A stretch of DNA of 64,000 nucleotides from an uncultured Actinomycetes bacterium (GTDB lineage: Bacteria > Actinomycetota > Thermoleophilia > RBG-16-64-13), in contig CAVPLM010000005.1 in NCBI GenBank assembly GCA_963706025.1, forward strand, positions 928,001 through 992,000. Reading direction: 5' to 3'. This document shows positions 8,448 to 18,281 of the stretch, piece by piece. Position numbers and translations under genes: made by a program. The number at the start of each line of letters is the position of its first letter. The first letter of the stretch is position 1. Under the pieces are notes generated by a model. It worked only from the letters and a program-made list of their open reading frames with translations. It was not told the origin of the DNA and ran no database searches.

Positions 8448-10163
8448 CTAGGCCACCAGACCTTTGTCGTACACCAGCCTCCCGCCGACCACGGTAGCCA
8501 GGTTGGTGATGGTGTGGATCTCTTCCGGCGGGACCGACAGGATGTCGCGGTCGAGGACGCAGAAGTCCGCCAGCTTGCCCGGCTCCAGCGAACCTTTTCG
8601 CTCTTCCATGTGGTCCTGCCAGGCACCGCCCATGGTGTACAGCCGGATGGCTTCCTGGACGGTGATCGCCTGCTTGGGCCCGCGGACCGTCCCCGAGGCC
8701 TTGGACTTCCTGAGAACGGCCGCCTCCACTCCCTGCAGCCAATCAGGGCTGGTGACCGGCGCGTCCGACGACAAGCTCACGTGCACCCCTGCGTCCAGAA
8801 GTGTCCGCAGCGGGAACTGCCACTCCGAGCGCTTGAGACCGAGGGCCTTGTCCATGTCGTCGGAGAACACCCATTTCAGGATCGTCTGAGCGCCCACACC
8901 GATGTTGTTCGCGGCCACGCGCTGGATGTCTTTCTCGGTGATGAGGTCGCAATGGAGCAGGTAGTGCCGTAGCTCTTGGGAGTCCTGCTCCTGAGCCCCC
9001 AGGAAGGCGTCGATGCAGGCCTCGATCGCTTTGTCTCCCACAGCGTGGATGGCGCACTGGAAGCCGTTCTTGTGGGCGTAGGCCACCATCTTGAGGAGCT
9101 CGTCGTAGCGCTCCTTTTCGGTCGCCCCGGGCATCACCAGGCCACCGTTGCCGCCGTCCGGATAGTCCTCGTGCAGCCAGGCCGTCTTGGTCTGGGGGAC
9201 GCCGTCGGCGAACAGCTTGATCCCGCCGATCTTGAGCCACTCGTCGCCGAAGCCGCTGTGGATACCCACCACCGGTATGCTCTTCTCGAAGTCCGCGAGG
9301 GATATGGCCCCATACGTCCCGAAGAGGTAGAGGATGTTCATCCGCACCGACAACGCGCCCTCATTGTGAAGGTCGTTGTAGACGCTGATGCACTCGTTGT
9401 CCAGAAGCCCGCCCTGGAAGCCGCTACCGCCGGGCCCCAAGGCCGCGTCGGTGGTGCTGGTGATACCTCGGGAGTTCAGGTCCTCCATCATGGCCAGGAT
9501 GGCGTTCCGCTTGTCCTGCCTGGTCCATTGCGGTACCACCCGCATGACCAGGCCTTCGGCCGGAAGTTCGAGCAGCATGCCGGTGGGCTCTCCGGTGGCG
9601 GGGTCCTTGACTACCTCGGAACCCGGCTCGGTCTGTGTGCGCCGGTCGATGCCGGCCAATTCCAGGGCGCGGGTGTTGGCGACCAGCTCGTGCTGGGTGA
9701 ACGAGACCAGGTACACCGGGTTATGGGGAGCGACCTCGTCCAGGTCCCAGCGGGTCAGATGGCGGGAGGAATCGGCCAGACACTCGGCGAGATAGCCCTG
9801 GTCCCATCCGGCGCCCCTTATCCACTCGCCCGGCTTCAGAGTCGCCGCCTTGGCCTTGACCGCCGCTTTGATGTCTTCTATCGACTTGACCGCAGGGTAG
9901 CCGCAGTCCACGGTCAACGGAGGCCGAATCCCCCCAAACAAGGCGGCGTGCATATGGCAGTCATTGATCCCCGGAAGGACGGTCTTCCCCCCTAGGTCGA
10001 CCTTCTGGGTCGCGGGGCCTGCCAGCACCTCGATCTCGGCATCGGAGCCGACCGCAAGGATCTTGCCGTCCTTGACCGCCATAGCAGAGACGGTCGAATC
10101 CTTGGCGTCGACGGTGACTATCTTCCCGTTAACGTAGATAGAATCTGCGGCACAAACGGTCAT
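8448..10163 (-). CDS. Amidohydrolase_3 (YtcJ-like metallo-amidohydrolase)
   Basis: PGINDCHMH, KLFADG, HAVGD, SSDAP, GSLEPGKLADF. Confidence 0.92.
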   Translation of the reverse strand: MTVCAADSIYVNGKIVTVDAKDSTVSAMAVKDGKILAVGSDAEIEVLAGPATQKVDLGGKTVLPGINDCHMHAALFGGIRPPLTVDCGYPAVKSIEDIKAAVKAKAATLKPGEWIRGAGWDQGYLAECLADSSRHLTRWDLDEVAPHNPVYLVSFTQHELVANTRALELAGIDRRTQTEPGSEVVKDPATGEPTGMLLELPAEGLVMRVVPQWTRQDKRNAILAMMEDLNSRGITSTTDAALGPGGSGFQGGLLDNECISVYNDLHNEGALSVRMNILYLFGTYGAISLADFEKSIPVVGIHSGFGDEWLKIGGIKLFADGVPQTKTAWLHEDYPDGGNGGLVMPGATEKERYDELLKMVAYAHKNGFQCAIHAVGDKAIEACIDAFLGAQEQDSQELRHYLLHCDLITEKDIQRVAANNIGVGAQTILKWVFSDDMDKALGLKRSEWQFPLRTLLDAGVHVSLSSDAPVTSPDWLQGVEAAVLRKSKASGTVRGPKQAITVQEAIRLYTMGGAWQDHMEERKGSLEPGKLADFCVLDRDILSVPPEEIHTITNLATVVGGRLVYDKGLVA

Positions 10164-10178
10164 CTCAATGTCTTCCTT

Positions 10179-10973
10179 TCAGGCAAGGTATCCGCCATCT
10201 TCGATAAGGATCTGGCCCGTGACAAAGCTCGAGGCGTCCGAGGCCAACCACACCGCGAGCCCTTTCATCTCTTCCGGCATGCCACACCGCCCGAGAGGCA
10301 GCAGCCGCGCGATGGTCCTTTCCACCTCTTCCACTTCGTCGGCCGGTGTCAGCGGAGTCCGGTGATAGCCCGGACAGATAGTGTTCACCCGTATTCCATA
10401 GGAACCATACTGCCTGGCGGCCGCCTTGGTCAGCATGATCAGCCCGGCCTTGGCCACCGCGTAGGCGGTCTGCGTGTAGACCCACTTGTCCTGCGCGAGT
10501 GGCCACATCCCGCCCACCGACGACATGGTGATGAAGTTTCCCCGGCCCCCCTCGATCATGACCGGGAACACCGCCTTCATCTGCAGGAACACCGCCCTCA
10601 GGTCCGCGTCCATCACCTCGTCCCAGTCTTCGACGGGCTTCTCGTGGATGAGCACGAAGCTCTTCTCCCGGATCCCGGCGTTGGCGAAGAACACGTCGAT
10701 GCGGCCGAACTCGCAGGTCACCTTCTCCACCATCGCCTGTATGTCGTCCCACTGCGTCACGTCGGCCGTTACCGCGAGATTGCGCCGGCCGTAGGCGGAG
10801 AGTGCTCCCAGCGTGTCCTCGAGCTTCTCTGCCGATCGCCCGACGCACACCACGTCCGCGCCATACTGGGCCACGGCTTCGCAGATGGTACGGCCCAGGC
10901 CCGAACCGCCTCCCGTCACCACCGCCACCCTGTCGGTCAGATCGAAAATGGGCCTATCGCCGGCCGCGTCCAC
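10179..10973 (-). CDS. Short-chain dehydrogenase/reductase
   Basis: TGGGSGLG, NAG, YAVAK, IRVNTICPG. Confidence 0.93.
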   Translation of the reverse strand: MDAAGDRPIFDLTDRVAVVTGGGSGLGRTICEAVAQYGADVVCVGRSAEKLEDTLGALSAYGRRNLAVTADVTQWDDIQAMVEKVTCEFGRIDVFFANAGIREKSFVLIHEKPVEDWDEVMDADLRAVFLQMKAVFPVMIEGGRGNFITMSSVGGMWPLAQDKWVYTQTAYAVAKAGLIMLTKAAARQYGSYGIRVNTICPGYHRTPLTPADEVEEVERTIARLLPLGRCGMPEEMKGLAVWLASDASSFVTGQILIEDGGYLA

Positions 10974-11032
10974 GCTCCGATCCCCCCCCTGTAGATTTGC
11001 TGCCCGGTGTCCTCGCCGCGCCCTTTTCGAGG

Positions 11033-11740
11033 CTAGACGCCCAGATAGGCCTTGCGCACGTGCTCGCTGTGCATGAGCTCTTCGGCCGATCCTTCCACCT
11101 CGATGTTGCCGGTCTCGAGCACGTAGGCCCTCTTCGCCAGCTTGAGCGCCAGTCGCGAGTTCTGCTCCACCAGCAGTACGGTCGTTCCCGTCTCGTTTAT
11201 CTCCCGGACGATCTTCGCGATCTCGGTCACCATGAGCGGCGACAGACCCATGGAGGGCTCATCCAAGAGCAGAAGGCGAGGCCCGCACATGACAGCCGTG
11301 GCTATCGCAAGCATCTGCTGCTCCCCTCCGCTCAGGGTGGACGCCTGCTGCCGCGCACGCTCCCTGAGCCGAGGAAAGTGGCCCAGTATCTCCTCCAGGT
11401 CTTTGGCGGTGGCCTTGCGATCCTTCCGCAGGTAGGCGCCTATCTTGAGGTTCTCCGCCACCGACATGTACGGGAACAGACCTCTGTCCTGTGGGACCTG
11501 CACGATGCCCATCTTGACGATGCTCTGCGGCTTCTGCCCGTCGACCCGCGCGCCGTCGAACCAGATCTCCCCTCGAGCCGGAGCCTTGAGCCCGGATATG
11601 GCCCGCAGGATGGTGGACTTGCCCGCCCCGTTGCGGCCGATCAAGGTCACAATCTCGCCTTCCTCGAGATACATGGAGACACCCTTGACCACCTCCGCCC
11701 CCTCGTAGCGGACGGCCAGATCCCGCATTTCAAACCACAT
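11033..11740 (-). CDS. livF: Branched-chain amino acid-type ABC ATPase (LivF family)
   Basis: GRNGAGKS, LSGGEQQM, LDEPSMGL; start trimmed to MWFEM. Confidence 0.92.
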   Translation of the reverse strand: MWFEMRDLAVRYEGAEVVKGVSMYLEEGEIVTLIGRNGAGKSTILRAISGLKAPARGEIWFDGARVDGQKPQSIVKMGIVQVPQDRGLFPYMSVAENLKIGAYLRKDRKATAKDLEEILGHFPRLRERARQQASTLSGGEQQMLAIATAVMCGPRLLLLDEPSMGLSPLMVTEIAKIVREINETGTTVLLVEQNSRLALKLAKRAYVLETGNIEVEGSAEELMHSEHVRKAYLGV

Positions 11741-12512
11741 CGGAATCGGCCCCCAGATAGGCTTCGATGACCGCGGGATCGGCCACACAGGCATGCGGCG
11801 TCCCCTCGACCAGCTTCTGGCCGTAGTTGAGCACGATGCTCGTGGCGCACAGACCCAGAACGGCCCGAACGTTATGCTCGACGACGATGACGGTGGTCCC
11901 CCTCAGACTGTTGAGTTTCTTGATGATGTCGATCATCGAGGTGGTCTCCTCCGCGTTCATGCCGGTGAGCGGCTCGTCCAGCAGCAAGAGGGTGGGGTCG
12001 GAAGCGAGAGCGACAGCCACGCACAACTCCCGCTGACTGCCATGAGGCAGATTCGTGCACAGCTCGTCCGCCTGGTCTGCCAGACCGACGAATCCCAGCA
12101 GCTCCATGCTGCGGTCGATGAGGTCCTGCCGCTTCCGGACACGCTGGTAGCTTCTTCCGATCACGGCCCAGGGCCCGTGCTCGGTATGCAGGTACGATCC
12201 GGCCAAAACGTTCTCGAGCGCGGTCATGCTCTTGAACAGCGCGTTCTTCTGGAACACCCGCCCTATGCCCAGGTGAGCCCGGCGGTGGGGTGGGTAACGG
12301 GTGATATCGTGGCCCCGGAACATGATCTTCCCTGCCGAGACGCGCAGGGTCCCGTCGATGAGGTTGAGCAGAGTGCTCTTGCCCGCGCCGTTAGGGCCGA
12401 TGAGGCCGAGGATCTCTCCCTCTTCCACAGCCAGGTCGACCTGGTCGACGGCGGCCAATCCCCCGAAATGCCGGCTCACATTCTGGGCCTCGAGCAGTGG
12501 CATCGCCATCAC
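11730..12512 (-). CDS. livG: ABC ATPase (LivG family)
   Basis: FGGLAAV, GPNGAGKS, LDEP, VEHN, VIEAYLG. Confidence 0.92.
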   Translation of the reverse strand: MMAMPLLEAQNVSRHFGGLAAVDQVDLAVEEGEILGLIGPNGAGKSTLLNLIDGTLRVSAGKIMFRGHDITRYPPHRRAHLGIGRVFQKNALFKSMTALENVLAGSYLHTEHGPWAVIGRSYQRVRKRQDLIDRSMELLGFVGLADQADELCTNLPHGSQRELCVAVALASDPTLLLLDEPLTGMNAEETTSMIDIIKKLNSLRGTTVIVVEHNVRAVLGLCATSIVLNYGQKLVEGTPHACVADPAVIEAYLGADSDVV

Positions 12513-13588
12513 CCGTTGGCCTGCTCGTCGTGAGCGAGCGCGACCGCCTCATCCGAAGCCGACCCGGCGACCACCACTCCCGAACCAGAGACCGGCGCGG
12601 CCGGTCCCGAGCGTCCTCGCCGCCTCCACTTCTGGATCTGGGCGGGGATCCCGACGAGACCCGCCGGCATGAAGAGCATGACGACGATCGCGATGGCCCC
12701 GGTGATCATCGGCTGATACTCCTGCATCGAGCGAGTGTTCTCGGCCAGCAGGGTGAGTACCGTCGTGCCCACGAGCGGACCGACGAAGTAGCTCTTGCCC
12801 CCCACCACCATGTACACGAGGAGATAGATCGACATGGTCACGCCGAAGCGCGACGTGGCGTCCGCGCTCAGGTTGTGTTGGTAGCCGGCGAACAGCGCGC
12901 CCGAGATGCCCGCCATGAAGGCTGCGAGCACGAAATTCACCATCTTGTAGCCGATGACGTTGATGCCTACCGCTCCCGCCAGAGTGTTGTCGTCCCTGAT
13001 GGCTCTCCACTGGAAACTGATGTAGGCGCGCTCAACGTAGTAGAGGATGAGCAGGGCGACCAGAACCACGGCCACGGCGATGTAGTAGAAGTTGTACGGC
13101 CTGTCCAGGTCGATCTCCCCTAGTATCGGGAGGTTCTGCGTCCCAGGGCCCGGCACTCCGGTGAGCCCCAGCGGGCCGCCGGTGAGAGAGTTCCAATAGA
13201 AAGCGACCAAGCGGAACGTCTCGGCAACTAGGAGAGTGAGGATTGAGAAGTAGATCCCTTTGACTTTCAAAAAGGGGTACGCCAGCAACAGGGCTACGAA
13301 AGCCGAGAACAACCCGCTGACGATCACGGCCGGCCAGAACGAGAAGCCTCCCTTCATCGTGAGGGTGGCATAGGTGAAGGCTCCTATGATGGCGAAGCCC
13401 ACCTGGCCGAGCGAGATCTCGTTGATGAGGGTCACGCTGCGAAGGCTGCTCACCAGCAGCACGTTGATGGCAAGCAGACACAGGACGGTCAGCCAGTACT
13501 GGTTGCCCGAGAGGATTTGGGGCATCAGGAACGCAACCACCGCTATCGCGACCCACAGGACGATCTTGCCCACGCCGCTCTTAGTCAT
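12509..13588 (-). CDS. livM: ABC permease (LivM family)
   Basis: Hydrophobic; SLGQ.GF..IGA, GIYF, TGG..G, AIRD...A...GIN. Confidence 0.9.
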   Translation of the reverse strand: MTKSGVGKIVLWVAIAVVAFLMPQILSGNQYWLTVLCLLAINVLLVSSLRSVTLINEISLGQVGFAIIGAFTYATLTMKGGFSFWPAVIVSGLFSAFVALLLAYPFLKVKGIYFSILTLLVAETFRLVAFYWNSLTGGPLGLTGVPGPGTQNLPILGEIDLDRPYNFYYIAVAVVLVALLILYYVERAYISFQWRAIRDDNTLAGAVGINVIGYKMVNFVLAAFMAGISGALFAGYQHNLSADATSRFGVTMSIYLLVYMVVGGKSYFVGPLVGTTVLTLLAENTRSMQEYQPMITGAIAIVVMLFMPAGLVGIPAQIQKWRRRGRSGPAAPVSGSGVVVAGSASDEAVALAHDEQANG

Positions 13589-14447
13589 GGCCGAGCAGTC
13601 CCTTGGGTCTGAAGAGCAACACCAGAATGACGATAACAAGCGGAGCCACCGACGCCACTGCCGGGCTAAAGAACACGGGTACGATGCCGTCGATGAGACC
13701 GAGTATTAGACCTCCGATCACCGCTCCGGGGATGCTACCCAAGCCACCCAGGACGATGATCACCAAGCCTTTGATCATGGGTAGTCCGCCCATGTAGGGC
13801 TGCAACTGAAGGATGGATCCGGCCAAGGCGCCGGCTAGTGCGGCGAGGGCACACCCGATCGCCATGGCCGACATGGACATCCTGTTGGGATTGATCCCTT
13901 TGAGGAAGGAGCCTTCGCGGTTCTGGGCGCTCGCCACCATCGCCAGACCCAGCCGGGTCCGTTTCAAGAAGAGGTAGAGTACCACCAGCGCGAGCACCGA
14001 GAAGGCGATGGCCAGGATCCGGTCTTTGGGGACCTCGGCTCCAAACAGGCTGAAGGAGCCGGAGATGAGGAAGGGAAGACTCTTGGTGTAGAGCCCGAAC
14101 GCGACGACCATCGCAGCCGACAGTATCAGGGTCAACCCCGTAGATATGACGATGGAACTGAGAACCACGTCGCGCCCGGGTTGGGGTCGGAACAGCCCTC
14201 GTTCCAACGCGACCCCGAAAGCCGCCATCATGACCATGGAGACGGCGATGGCCGGGTAGAGACCCAGCCCGCGGCCGACAAGGAAATACACACCGAATGC
14301 CCCGAGCATGTAGATCTCGCCGTGGGCGAGTTGGAGGATGCCCATGATGCTCAGGATCAACGTGAGGCCCAAGGCCATCAATACGTAGAGCCAGCCGAGG
14401 GCTATCCCGTTGACCGTTGCCTGCAACCAAAGATCGAGAGAGTCCAA
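13581..14447 (-). CDS. livH: ABC permease (LivH family)
   Basis: ALGLTLI, AHGE.YMLGA, GGLGSIPGA, RPKGLLG. Confidence 0.92.
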   Translation of the reverse strand: MDSLDLWLQATVNGIALGWLYVLMALGLTLILSIMGILQLAHGEIYMLGAFGVYFLVGRGLGLYPAIAVSMVMMAAFGVALERGLFRPQPGRDVVLSSIVISTGLTLILSAAMVVAFGLYTKSLPFLISGSFSLFGAEVPKDRILAIAFSVLALVVLYLFLKRTRLGLAMVASAQNREGSFLKGINPNRMSMSAMAIGCALAALAGALAGSILQLQPYMGGLPMIKGLVIIVLGGLGSIPGAVIGGLILGLIDGIVPVFFSPAVASVAPLVIVILVLLFRPKGLLGHD

Positions 14448-14468
14448 CCAGGCTCCTTTGGTGGAATC

Positions 14469-14538
14469 AAGGGAAGGCCGGTCATCCAGTTGCCCGCGCG
14501 GTCACAGCCGCCCGGGCCGTCTGAACCGGCCTTCCCTT
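14469..14538. terminator. Inverted repeat between livK and livH (terminator or RNA-stability hairpin)
   Basis: AAGGGAAGGCCGGT ... ACCGGCCTTCCCTT, perfect 14-bp arms. Confidence 0.55.
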
Positions 14539-14601
14539 ACTCTAGTGCTCCCTAACGAAGCTCGGCATGAGTACGCGTGATACCGCGCGATACCCGGCCT
14601 A

Positions 14602-15915
14602 CTACTTAGCAAGCTCCAGGAACCCGACGAACTCAGCCACACCGTTCATGATGCGGGTAAGCGGGATGGGCCTGTAAAGCACCCGGTTCACACCGAACCG
14701 GTCGAGACCACCGATGTAGCCCGGCCCCTCCAGAGTCTGGAGGTCGCCGGCGTTGGTCATGCCCTCCATGGTCTTGACAACCGTCGCCGCATCCGTCGTC
14801 CCTGCCTTCTGCATGACCTGGATCATCACCCAGGGCATGTCATAGGCGTGAACGGCATCGGAGATGAAGGGGTCGTTCGGCCACTTGGCCGCCCAGGCGT
14901 CCATGAGCTTCTTGACCTCTGGGGTCGGGTTGGTGACGTCGATGCTGTTGCACATCACGTCGGTGAGCATGGCCGGGTCTTTGACGGTCACGACGACGAC
15001 GTCAGCACCTAGGGGCGAGTTCGATACGAACGGGCCCTTGAAGCCCAACTGACGCGCCGCCTTCAACTGGTCGTTCGCCTGCCCGCTGACCATGGCCCAG
15101 ATAACATCGGGCTTCGCCGCGTTGAGCTTGGTCATCACGGGGACGAAGTCCGTGGTGCCCCAGGGCCACTTCTCCACCGCGACTATTTCCATCCCACGCT
15201 CGGTCGCGTCGGCCGTCAGCATCTCGATCATCCCCTCATAGCCGATGTCGGGGGCGGAGATGGCTATCTTCTTGGCCTGCGGATACGTCTCGGCAAGGTA
15301 GTCGAGATCGGGGGGTCCAGTGTCGTCGTGGTTATAGAACGGACGGACCTGGAGCGGTTTGTCGGGCCCGACATCCTGCGGCGCACCCGGGATGTTCGCG
15401 TTCGCCTGCGCATACAACACGCCGGCCGCTTCGGTCACCTCGTTGATGGGCGCCATTTCCATCTCCAGAATGGCGCCGAGGACCATATCCACCTTGTCCT
15501 GGGTAACCAGCTTGCTCGCCGCGGTACTGGCGCCTTCCGCTGAGCCTTTGCTGTCTTCCAGGATGAGCTCGATCGTGTAGGTGTCGTTGCCGATCTTGAC
15601 ACCGCCCGCGTTGTTCACGTCATCGGCATACAGCTCCCAGCCGCGGGTGAACGCAAGGGCCACCACGGAGAGAGGACCGGACAAAGGCATGATCGTCCCG
15701 ATCTTGAGGGTCTTCATCTCTCCGGATGGGGCGGTGGTGGTCTCGCTGGTCGCCGGCGCCGTGGTGGCCGTAGTCTCGCTGCTCGTCGGGGCGGTGGTTT
15801 CCGGCGCGGCGCTGGTCGTCGTCTCTTCTTCGCCTCCGCAGGCGGCTACGCCGAACACCAGAGCAACCAAGGCAACAACGCACAATAATACGAGGATCTT
15901 CCTTCTTGGCATCAT
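14602..15915 (-). CDS. livK: Liv-type ABC substrate-binding lipoprotein
   Basis: Lipobox VAAC, Thr-rich linker, KIG..MPLSGP, N..GG, GTTDF. Confidence 0.9.
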   Translation of the reverse strand: MMPRRKILVLLCVVALVALVFGVAACGGEEETTTSAAPETTAPTSSETTATTAPATSETTTAPSGEMKTLKIGTIMPLSGPLSVVALAFTRGWELYADDVNNAGGVKIGNDTYTIELILEDSKGSAEGASTAASKLVTQDKVDMVLGAILEMEMAPINEVTEAAGVLYAQANANIPGAPQDVGPDKPLQVRPFYNHDDTGPPDLDYLAETYPQAKKIAISAPDIGYEGMIEMLTADATERGMEIVAVEKWPWGTTDFVPVMTKLNAAKPDVIWAMVSGQANDQLKAARQLGFKGPFVSNSPLGADVVVVTVKDPAMLTDVMCNSIDVTNPTPEVKKLMDAWAAKWPNDPFISDAVHAYDMPWVMIQVMQKAGTTDAATVVKTMEGMTNAGDLQTLEGPGYIGGLDRFGVNRVLYRPIPLTRIMNGVAEFVGFLELAK

Positions 15916-15984
15916 GCTTCCCCCCTGTGATTCCATGCTGTGCAGGACGTGTTTTCCCAGCAAACCTGTCGAGTCTTCGTCGGT

Positions 15985-16030
15985 CTACCTCCTTGAGCCG
16001 ACAACAGCTCCATCGTTACCAGGCATTGTA
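15985..16030 (-). promoter_or_regulatory. livK leader: -10 TACAAT, hairpin and upstream AAGGAGGTAG
   Basis: TACAAT at 16030-16025; GAGCTG-TTGT-CGGCTC hairpin directly followed by AAGGAGGTAG (15994-15985). Confidence 0.45.
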
Positions 16031-16246
16031 CCCGGGACCGAAACCAAGCTAACCGTGCGCGACCGTCATCGGGTTGTTGATGCCGGTGATCCCGCGCAGG
16101 AGCACAGACCGCCCCTTAGGCGCATCGAACACCCTCGACTCGCATTTCACCACAAGCGCGAGCCCTGGAAAAGTATCCGAAAGTATGATTGTGCGCTCTC
16201 TCGCCCTAGCCGGCTCAAACGGCCCAACCTGCGAACCGAACGCTCC

Positions 16247-17488
16247 TCAGGGAGCGAGACCGACCTCCTGGCGCACGGTGTGGGTTATGGCCGTGCGAGA
16301 GCGCGCCCCGACCTTGGCCGCGATGCTGTGCATGTGTTTCTTAACCGTACACTCGGCGATAAACAGCGCCTGGGCGATCTCCTTGTTGGTCCCACCGGCC
16401 ATCACCCTGTCGAGTACCTCAATTTCCCGATCGGTGAGGGCAAAACGCTCCTTCAGCGGCTCGTTCCAGCGTCGCGCGACCCGGTCGCGGGGTTCGAGAG
16501 TGATGAGCAGACCCGGGTTCCCCTGATCGAGGGTGACCGCACGAGAGCTGACACCCACGTTGCAGCTTTCGGCGAGCGCATCGGGGTTGCTCAGGGCATG
16601 TCCGACGAACGAAGCCGCCCCCATCTCCGGCGAAGAGCCCGAGGGGCGACTCGCCCCCTGGGACGGCGACCATGCCCGGTCGCCCATCCCCTCGACCAGG
16701 CTGGGAATACCGTCGACCTGCCCTAGAGGCGAGCAGAGGTCCCGGGCGATCTCGTTGCAGTAGAGAACCCGTCCGCGTGTGTCGCACACGATCACACCTT
16801 TGTCTTCGGCAGTCTGCAGCACGGAAGCGACGCTCGCGGAGACGATCTTCTCCAGATGATTGCCCACGAAGGGCGCGATCATCTCCATGATGGCTGCTTC
16901 CTCTGCGGAGAAAGGATCCCGCTGCCGCGCGCGGTGGAGACAGAGCGCCCCGCGCGCTAACGGAGTGGACGACATGAACGCGACAAGGTCGTAATAGATC
17001 CCGCCGCTCTTCCAGAAATCGTTGTAGAACTCGGTGGAGAGCCAACTACTGTAGTCCACGACCTCCCTGAGGTCGAACACGGAGGGAATAGGAGAATGAC
17101 CCCGTGGCAGGCTGTTGCCTTTGATGAAGTCGGCCAACCTCGTCGGGTCAAGGTCGCAATAGTAGTCGGCATAGAGCTTCGGGAACGCCGGATCCTGGTT
17201 GTGGACGACGAACTCCAACTCTCTGGTGAGCGGGTTGCACAGGATGAGAGCGGCCTGCTCGGCCTGAAGCTCGCCGGAGATGCACTCGAGGAGCCGGCCG
17301 CAGCCTTCCATGTCGGCGGTGGCTGTGCTGATCTCCTGGAGGGTGCTGAGGATGCCCGCGCAACGCTCGGGGCTTACCGCGGTCGATCGTGCCGTCTTCG
17401 GCTGAGCGAGCGGCGAAGGCCCACGCGAAATCGGTCGCTTGCCCGGATGGGTGATCCCATCCAGCCCCGTCGTCGGCACTTTGGCCAT
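16247..17488 (-). CDS. LuxR-family regulator (GAF-like sensor plus C-terminal HTH); start uncertain
   Basis: LTDREIEVL...GGTNKEIAQALFIAECTVKKH; N-terminal sensor region with TEFYNDF and LHR...PFS.EE. Confidence 0.85.
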   Translation of the reverse strand: MAKVPTTGLDGITHPGKRPISRGPSPLAQPKTARSTAVSPERCAGILSTLQEISTATADMEGCGRLLECISGELQAEQAALILCNPLTRELEFVVHNQDPAFPKLYADYYCDLDPTRLADFIKGNSLPRGHSPIPSVFDLREVVDYSSWLSTEFYNDFWKSGGIYYDLVAFMSSTPLARGALCLHRARQRDPFSAEEAAIMEMIAPFVGNHLEKIVSASVASVLQTAEDKGVIVCDTRGRVLYCNEIARDLCSPLGQVDGIPSLVEGMGDRAWSPSQGASRPSGSSPEMGAASFVGHALSNPDALAESCNVGVSSRAVTLDQGNPGLLITLEPRDRVARRWNEPLKERFALTDREIEVLDRVMAGGTNKEIAQALFIAECTVKKHMHSIAAKVGARSRTAITHTVRQEVGLAP

Positions 17489-17855
17489 CACACCCCACAA
17501 CCTGCTGGGAGCCTTAGCTGAGGAAATGACCCACAAGGCGCCTGGCGATCTAGCCCCCACTCGACCGCTGGGGCCACAATCGTTGCAGACGCCGCACAAA
17601 TAATCAAGGACATCCCGGCCCTGGATGGGGGCAGCCGATGGAATTGACGCTGCCCGGTATGGAATCGGTGAAAGGGACTGAGTAGAATGGATCTACGAGA
17701 GGCACGGGGGCACCCCGGCAGGTATCTCGGGTGATAGCCCTAGGCGCCGAGTCCACAGTCCGGGGTCCGCTACCTAGTGTCCTACCGCCCGGTCTTCCCA
17801 GGAGGGAGGCTCGGCGGGCAAGGAACCCGAACCGAGGTCGTGAAAGGAGCCGAGC

Positions 17856-18265
17856 TTGAAAAAGAAGACATATCCCCTCTTCTACGCGGGTCAGAAGGCC
17901 AAGTATGCCCGGTCGGTCGTGGTAGGCGACCTGGTCTTCGTGTCCGGCGCGACCGGCCGCTCTCTGAAGACCGGGGATTTCACATCCGACGAGATCAAGG
18001 GGCAGATGATGGTCGCTCTGGACAATATCCGGGGCGCCCTTGAAGAATGCGGCAGCTCCATGGACAACATAGTCAAGACGGTGATGTACCTCAAACGCCT
18101 GGAGGACTACGGCGTCATGCGGGCAACGGAAGAGGAATACTATCGGCAGTACGCCCCAGTCTGATCGACGAGCCTCCGGCCAGCACTTTCGTGCAGCCGA
18201 TGTCGCTGGCGCGCCCCAACATGCTCGTGGAGATCGACGTGGTGGCCTGCCTGAATGAGGAGTGA
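17856..18265 (+). CDS. RidA family protein, one frameshift near 18155 (probably a C missing from a C-run)
   Basis: YARSV..GDLVFVSGATG...ALDNI joins PPASTFVQPMSLARPNMLVEIDVVA in the next frame; GAAAGGAG SD. Confidence 0.85.
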
Positions 18266-18281
18266 GCAGGATGGAGTGTCA

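Noticed and set aside
17740-17852. Possible Moco/Tuco riboswitch upstream of ridA and the Mo enzyme (CCGAG, ACCTAG, GAAAGGAG)
   Set aside because: The conserved GAAA hairpin and CCTCCC elements were not found; an Infernal search would be needed.
18162-18164. TGA in ridA as selenocysteine
   Set aside because: The conserved C-terminus is in another frame, and one missing C explains it.
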